From contig NC_092353.1 of assembly GCF_963676685.1 (NCBI RefSeq), forward strand, positions 68,014,001 through 68,078,000: DNA of 64,000 bases. The letters are read 5' to 3'. Positions 53,901-62,900 of this stretch are shown in pieces. Made by a program: the position numbers and the translations under genes. Within the stretch, counting starts at the first letter, position 1. Every line of letters starts with the position of its first letter. The notes beneath the pieces were generated by a model, which was not told the origin of the DNA, did no database searches, and saw nothing but the letters and a program-made list of their open reading frames with translations. The DNA is from Mytilus edulis (lineage: Eukaryota).

Positions 53901-56900
53901 TTTGAAACAAATAAAATTGCAACTAGCATTTACTAAAACCTTTCTGTCAAAATACTACTCATAGGCAGATTTATAACAGAAATATCATTAAATCTATTGT
54001 AGCACTGACTCATTGACAAAAGGTCATGTACTAGGTAGGCCTGAAAATTTGAAAATAACAGACATATCTATTCCAAGAAATGAATTAAACAGGGCTTCTT
54101 TTGCCATGCTACGATTGCTGACTCATGTTTCCATGTATGTTGGAGCTGAGTACAATTGTGAGGTATAATATAGTTACATGGTTAATTCATTTATTAGCTC
54201 ACCTGGCCTAAAAGGCCATGTGAGCTTTTCTCATCACTTGGCGTCCGTCGTCGTCGTCGTCGTCGTCGACGTCGTCGTCGTTAACAATTTTTCAAACATC
54301 TTCTCCTCTGAAACTACTGAATGGATTTGAATGAAACTTAAAATGATTGTTTCTTAGATTATCCTGCACAAAGTGTGTGCTTCGATTTCTGATCCGTCAA
54401 AAAACATGGCCGCCGTTACTTAAAATAGAACATAGGGGTCAAATGCAGTTTTTGGCTTATATCTCAAAAACGGAAGCATTTAGAGCAAATCTGACATGGG
54501 GTAAATATGTTCATTAGGTCAAGATCTATCAGCTGAGAAATTTTCAGATGAATCAAACAAACCATTGTTGGGTTGCTGCCACTTAATTGGTAATTTTAAG
54601 GAAATTTTGCAGTTTTTGGTCATTATCTTGAATATTATTATAGATGAAGATAAACTGTAAACAGCAAAAATGATCAGCAAAGTAAGATCTACAAATAAGT
54701 TAATATGACCAAAATTGTCAATTGACCTCTTAAGGAGTTATTGCCCTTTAATGACAATTTTTCACAATTTGTTCATCATGTTGACTTACTTTAAAAAATC
54801 TTCTCCTTTGAAACTGCTGTATCAATTTCAGCCAAACTTAGGCTAAACGAGTTTCAGAGTTTCAGAGTATCTAGTATAAATTTTATATTTCATTTCCTTG
54901 TATGTCAAGAAACATAGCTCCTATGGCTAAAATAGAACATAGGAGAAATTTGAAATTTTTTTTGGCTTTTGAAGAGAATAGGACGATTTCAAGAACATTT
55001 AAATAAATTGAAAAGCCAAAATAATCATTGATGAGAGATTAAACCAAAAAAATTCAGGTGAGCGATTCAGGCTCTTGAGAGCCTCTTGTTATGGCTATCA
55101 CTTTTTGTTGATTGATATTGTTGCACAACTTTTCGGGATTTTTAAAGTTCATAGTTGATTTGACCGAAAAACTGTTTTGATTCGAGCTCGTCTGGCGTAC
55201 AAAGGTATAAGCTTGGTATATTTGCAGAATTCTTACTACGATACGTAATTCCTATTACATCTAAATAAAATGTCTGTATTAAAATCTTAAAGAGGTATGC
55301 ATTGTGTATGAGTATTACCCTGATTGTTCACATACACTGTCGTCACAAAGAGAACAACGACAATGATCTAGAAGTGAACAACTTATTCTACCAGGTGTCT
55401 GAGATATGTCAAAGCTGCAATAAGTTTAATGACAAAATACAGAAACCAAAATCAAATGTATTATTCCCAAAATCTATTTTCTCAGGTTAATGTTTTAGGA
55501 AAATATGTTGCCAAATGTGTATATTAGATTTAACAAAATGAACTGTCAATTTTAACAATTTATTTTGAAATGATTATACAATATAGAATGCACAAAATCC
55601 GTATTTTGATCAATAAAGTGATATTAGCATTTGTTAGTTCTGTTTCGTTAAAGTTAAAGTTACTATGTAGACGTATTTTATATATTTTTCTTTAGGCTGT
55701 GTTGCAATCAATTCACACTGAACCTCAAATCGAAGAATCAGACTTGCCTTCCTTTATACTACAGCACATCGAGTTAGACATTGAATCTCTTCATCAAATA
55801 CTAGGAAGGGGAACAGATGATATCTTTATGCTGATACATCATTTATTGAGTGAAATAATGAAGTACCATTCATTCAATGTTATAGGTAATGCTTTATTAT
55901 AATCATAGTTTGTTTAATAAAATGTTGTACAATGTTGTATATGAAGATGTCATTATATATTTTTATGATATATTTAGTACAAATACAGCAATTTTGTGTA
56001 TCTTCTAAGGGCTATTAACTCCAATCTGAATCATTTGCCCTGTATCGCATAGATAAACCCGTATCTCATAGCTAAAGCCGTATAGCATACCGGACGTGAC
56101 GTCATATATCCAATGACATAAAAGGTGAAGTCTTATTCTTTTATATTTCCGAATGATTTGAACAAAGATTATTTCATGAATCGTATTCTATTAAAATAAA
56201 AGGTAATCAGATCAGTACATGGCAAAATCCGTATCGAATGCTGTATCACCACCTAGCCAGTGTCAGCTCTTGGGACCATATATACTCGGGACTGGTATTG
56301 GTTTCTCGTGGTGATAAAGCATGCAATACGAATTTTGATATGTATTATACTATATGCATGCTATATTTTCCTTTTGATTTACTATAGGAGGAGAACATTA
56401 CTCTGGGGAAATCTGCACGCTGTCTACTAGAGCAGCAAGATCTGATTGGGAACAACTTTTTGACAAAACATTTCTTCTGCCAATGTTTAAGGTACTGGTA
56501 TTTCTGCTTTCAACCTCGAATCTTTTTTCAGTTTGTTTACTTTGGTATTGCATTTGCTTAAATCAAATAATTGTGTGTAGGTGAAATGTTTGTATTTTTC
56601 AAGATAGTTTATCTTATAGTGTCATGGTATTCAAAATCTACCATAAAAATGCACACTTACATATATAATATTCAATCATTATGTTCATATATAAAAAGAA
56701 GGATATATGTGACATGCGTCAATATGTAGGACCTTATTTACATTTGTATGCGATTGATTGTTCGTGCTTGCCTTTAATTGGCAAATATAAAAATGTTAAT
56801 TTTTTAATAATTATATAAATGTATATTGGACAGTTGCAAACAATTGGAGCGGGTTTAAACGTTTGAATGGTACCAAATCTTAACCTTATCTGAAAAAATA

Positions 56901-59900
56901 GTGTAACATCACATCAAAGAAAGACACACTAAAATATTAATTAAAATGGCTTAACTCAATCAAAAGACATATAACAACAAGTAAACATACATGTACACTG
57001 CACGAATAAATTTGTCCGTATTGATACTTAATGATTCCGTATAACATTAATGTTATGGTTTAGGGTAGTTGATACTTAATTAATAACACAGGAAATTAAG
57101 ACTTAGTAAAAAAGATCAATTTAATGGTATTTTTTTTATATATGCAACATTTTGGCTTTGACCTAAATATTGAATATACTCAACATTCGTTTAAAATGAA
57201 GTTGTAAGTACATGAGGTGGTAAGGAAGTGCAATTTTAAATTTATGTCAAATAGCACAGACTGAGGCCAGACAATTATTTTCATTCGTGAAACTAATGTA
57301 AGATTGAGGGTACCCCTTTAATTATTTTTATTGATCTAGCATTTATTTCTAATTTCATACGTGAAGTTTGATGTTAATACATATGAAACTAGATGCAGTT
57401 TGTTAGGATAATTATTATTAGTAAAGCTAACAAAAACCTCGTATGTTCTAGGATATGGATGGTGTATTACAGAAGTGCAATGACAGTATAACCGATGACA
57501 ATAGAATGGGTATTAGTATTTGTTCAATAACTCGTTAAGTTGATTGGATAACTGTTTTGAAGTTATTCATTATATTTATACAAAAGAGCGTTCTCTAGCA
57601 AAAAAGAATTGACATTCATAATTCACAATTCCTCAAATGGGGACGAAAATGCATACGAACAGATTTATATAAACAAAAAAAGCATTACAAAATGTACAAC
57701 CATTACATCTCCACCTACATGTACAATTTCAATTTTACTTGTTCCTTGTTTGTAATTAGATCAAGTTTGAAAACTGCATCTTTATACTGCTCTTATTGTG
57801 ATTCCTCAACTGCATGTATCGCTGACAAAGAGATAAGTTTCATAACACACACACCAAAATGAACTATGCTTTGTTGTCGTCTTCACAGTGATGCTGTCTA
57901 TATTATCTTAAAGCTCAGAACTCATCGTGACAATGAATTTGATCAAAATACCCTGATAGATGTCTTTCGTAATTAATCCATACATTAAAAAACACATAAG
58001 AGCGATACAGTCCACAAATTTTAAACTACATCAGGCAAAAACAAGTCTACACTGTAATAATTCGTTGCTGTTCCGCCAAACACGATGAAGAAAACCGAAT
58101 AGAAAAACTCCAAAGATCAGAGTAAGAATTGTGTGTCGAAGAAAAATTATTTATCGAGTTAAAAAGTTGAAGCAATTTTCATACTGTTAGTCTTGTACAA
58201 TGTGGTGTGTATTCGTAATACGTGGCATTTGTTTTTGACCTGAATGTGCAAGTGAAGGTTTCTATGATAAAAAAAACCTCAGAGGTGAGAATTTTTAGGA
58301 ATACGTTTAGAATAGCTAGAACACTGTTTCAATGATTCAGTTATTATTTTAGGGTTTATAGAATAATCTTAATAGAACTTGAAAAAGCACATTTATACAT
58401 ATTTCATTATTGCGTAATAAATTAATTACATGTAAAGTAGAAAATTCATGTTCGTTGAATATTTTTCCTAGGATCAGACCCACTTATTATGTTGCTACAA
58501 GAAAAACATCACACAACAGATGAAACTGATATTAAAAATTTGTATGAAAACCCACAAGTATGGAGATATCGAGCTCGTATAACAGTAGATCATTTATCTC
58601 AGATGTTGAATTCGAGGGAAGAAACATGCAAAATGTTACAACTCTTTCTTAAGGAGGTAATTATGTATGCACTATTTTTTTTCAGTCGCACAATCATATT
58701 TACTACTTCCCCAGAATGAAATAAACAAATGTAATTGTCTTCAGGAAATATCCATTAACATTTAGCTAGAATATATATTTTACTGACTAGGAAAGGTGTC
58801 AATAGACTATAGAACCTTTTTGTTTTATTCAGTCAATGTGGCTGAGTGGTCTATAACGCTGAACACAGTGTAGACAATGTTGTCACAGTATCCTCTTAGC
58901 ACGAGTTCCGTCGAGAGAAGAACAAAAAAATTTCTTCCGCACTTTGCAGATTAAACATTTTAACTCATGCAATTGGAACATCGAGACTACACCGCATACA
59001 GTGTATCATGCGCTGTAGACCAATCAGGCATCTATACTGAACTAAAAATAAAGCTTTCAGTGACTTAATGTTAATATATGACAACTTCGCGATAGACTTT
59101 TATCGTTAAATAAATAGCAAGATTCGTAAACCTGCATCTGAGACATCGCAGTAATTCGTTTCTACGTCCACTTTATCTAGGCTTGTATCACAGTACATAA
59201 TACTCGCTACTAGATATTATATCTTGCAAACCAGTTGTTTTTTGTCTCTCGTAAAGGAGCACTTTCCATGCCGTCACATCAAATTTTAATTAGAAAATTC
59301 CATACAGCATTTATTTTTACTTAAAGCGATTTTTGACAGGAGCAGACCAACATATATATATATATCATATTATGTTTTTATTAGCTCACCTGGCCCGAAG
59401 GGCCAAGTGAGCTTTTCCCATCACTTGGCGTCCGGCGTCCGTCGTCGTCGTCGTCCGTCGTCGTCCGTCGTCCGTCGTCGTCCGTCGTCCGTCGTCGTCC
59501 GTCGTCGTTAACTTTTACAAAAATCGTCTCCTCTGAAACTACTTGGTCAAATTAAACCAAACTTGGCCACAATCATCATTGGGGTATCTAGTTTAAAAAA
59601 TGTGTGGCGTGACCCGGCCAACCAACCAAGATGGCCGCCATGGCTAAAAATAGAACATAGGGGTAAAATGCAGTTTTTGGCTTATAACTCAAAAACCAAA
59701 GCATTTAGAGCAAATATGACGGGGTAAAATTGTTTATCAGGTCAAGATCTATCTGCCTTCAAATTTTCAGATGAATCCGACAACCCGTTATTGGGTTGCT
59801 GCCCCTGAACTGGTAATTTTAGGGAATTTTTGCTGTTTTTGGCTATTATCTTGAATATTATTATAGATAGAGATAAACTGTAGACAGCAATAATGTTCAG

Positions 59901-62900
59901 CAAAGTAAGATTTACAAATAAGTCAACATGACCAAAATGGTCAGTTGACCCCTTTAGGAGTTATTGACCTTTATAGTCAATTTTTAACCATTTTTCGTAA
60001 ATCTTAGTAATCTTTTAGAAAAATCTTTTCCTCTGAAACTACCGAGCCAAATTAATCCAAACTTGGCCACAATCATCTTTGGGATATCTTGTTTAAAAAA
60101 TGTGTGGCGTGACCCGGCCAACCAACCAAGATGGCCGCCATGGCTAAAAATAAAACATAGGGGTAAAATGCAGTTTTTAACTTATAACTCAAAAACCAAA
60201 GCATTTAGAGCAAATCCGGCATTAAAAGTGTTTATCAGGTCAAGATCTATCTGTCCTGAAATTTTCAGATGAATCGGACAACCTGTTGTTGGGTTGCTGC
60301 CCCTGAATTGGTAAATTTAAGGAAATTTTGCTGTTTTTGGTGATTATCTTGAATATTATTATAGATAAAGATAAACTGTTAACAGCAATAATGTTCAGCA
60401 AAGTAAGATTTACAAATAAGTCAGCATGACCAAAATGGTCAGTTGACCCCTGAAGGAGTTATTGCCCTTTATAGTCAATTTTTAACCATTTTTTCGTAAA
60501 TCTTAGTAATCTTTTAGAAAATATTTTCCACTGTAATTACTGGGCCAAGTTCATTATAGATAGAGATAATTGTAGCAACAAGAATGTTAAGTTAGATCTA
60601 CAAACACATCACTATCACCAAAACACAATTATGTCATGAATTTATCCGTGTCCATTGTTTAATATGCACAAGACCAAGGTGAGCGACACAGGCTCTTTAG
60701 AGCCTCTAGTTGATATATATAACAATGTGTGAATCATTCAATAATTTATATAATACATGAACGTACCTCACTATAGAACATTTCTTTTGTAATGTAGGAA
60801 CACCATCTGAGAGTTCTTATATTGATTCCAAATGTCATAAGACTACAGAAAATGTTGACTAAGAGATTTGGTAGAAAACTAGATCGAACTGAAGGAGCTG
60901 TTTTGACCATCGAAAAGATTAAACAACAAATGGATCATGGTATCATTTTGTTATTGTTAGATAACTAACTTAATCAACCATAAAAAAACCATCTTGCAAT
61001 GATAATGTTAAAATATTTGAAAGATAACCAATATGATAGTGCTTTTCATATATGCATGTATCTAATCGATTTATAATTTCAGTAAAGGTTGTTCTGCCAC
61101 CTTAGATTCTAAAAAAGAACAAGTCAATGTCAAGATTTTTAATCAAATTAGCAATTTTTTTTTTAAACAATTTTATATTTGGTGAAAAAGTGTCAATAGT
61201 TATAATAATGCTTCTGTTAGATTATTGTGTTGTCTCTTGGCTGCGCACGATGTTTCCACAACGGAAATATAGATGGTGAACTGCTTAAATTTAGTATTTT
61301 TCATCATTTCCGTAAAAACAATACATATTATAACGCAATTGTGACGTCACCCGATAAACATCTCCATGGTTATCACATATATTTCTTGACCCTATGCATT
61401 TCTAAACATTATGTGCCAATTTGAAATAGTTATAAAACTTTTTGTTTTCTTGGGCAAAAGCCTTAAATGCCCGTACCGCAAAGTATGACAAATTGTATCA
61501 TTTAAACTCCCATTATACCTCATGAAGCAACCACATCCGTATTTATTATTGTCAATTTCGTTATCATGAAAGTCCTAGTTTTATATTATACAGATCCCTC
61601 TATAAAATATATCTATTAAATTGCCTTTAAATTACCATCAATTGAGTTTATTTTCGTTATAGGTGGAACACTTAATGAGTTCAAAGAATATTTAGATAGT
61701 TACACGGAAGCCTGGGAAGCAGTACGACAATCGCTAGAAACTTATAGTATGTGCACCGTTTAATTTCAGAATGCAAATATTATTCGCACATGTTTTGTTG
61801 AAAATCTGAACGTGTTTTATATATAAATAACTTATACCACTTATGTATTAAGCCGATAATTCCACAAAGATAAATTCATAAATGAACAAGAAACTAAACT
61901 ATGGCTCAAACTCTCTATATCAATGTTGACTTGAATTATTCAAGTCTTTTTAAGTCCCTACTGTCATGTTCTGTTCATAATTCTTTTAACGTGTCAAAAT
62001 ACTTATACATCCCTGGCTTTCATATTTTTAGTTTAGGATTTTCTGATGAATTTTTATCTATATGAACACTTCAGACGCACAAAATGTGTACTAAATAATA
62101 AAATTTAGAAAGGAAATGGTGAATGTGTCAAAGCAACAACAACCCGATCATAGAGCAGACAACAGCCGAAGGCCACCAATGGGTCTTCAATGTAGCGAGA
62201 AACTCCCGCACCCGGAGGCGGTCTTCTTCAGCTGGCCCCTTGACGCATAACAATACGCACATTACAATTCAGTTCAAGAGAAGTCCGAGTCCGATGTCAG
62301 AAGATGTAACAAAAGAAAATAAATAAACTAGTATGGTTATATTTACAGATACAATGAGCAATACCTTTACTAGCGAACTGCTAGCTAACAATTATAAAAT
62401 TCTCCGATGATGAATTAAAAAGCTTTTGAGAACCTAAGATTACAACTCAAAGAATTTTGACCTTTGATGTATTTAAACTCTTCTTTATAGTACTTGTATC
62501 GTCATCTACATATATAGCTCCTAATGCGTCTGTCCGGACGTTCCTGATCAAAGTAGAAAACGAAAAATGCTTCAGACGGACAAAATGTATCATCAGTATA
62601 AATCTCAAAGTTTTTCATGAGAACAAAAGGTTTATCACAGTACCATATGGACCAGACAGTAATATTTTGTAATTTCGTCAAGTAGAAGGGAATCCGGTAT
62701 CCAAAGTTCACAGTTTAATAGTTTGTATATCGTATTTTCATTTTTGTGTTATTAGATAATTTTGGGAAAACACTATAAAAAAGTCAAAGAGCTTATATCT
62801 TTTAAATTTGTATTTAATAAAATGCTTGATTGGAATTTATATCTCAAGGTTGTTGTGCAAATGGTGGAATTCTCCGAGTTGGTAAAAGTTACTGCAGAAA

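Noticed and set aside
58830-59035. Degenerate tRNA-like SINE heads on both strands
   Set aside because: Too decayed to assign boundaries or family by eye.
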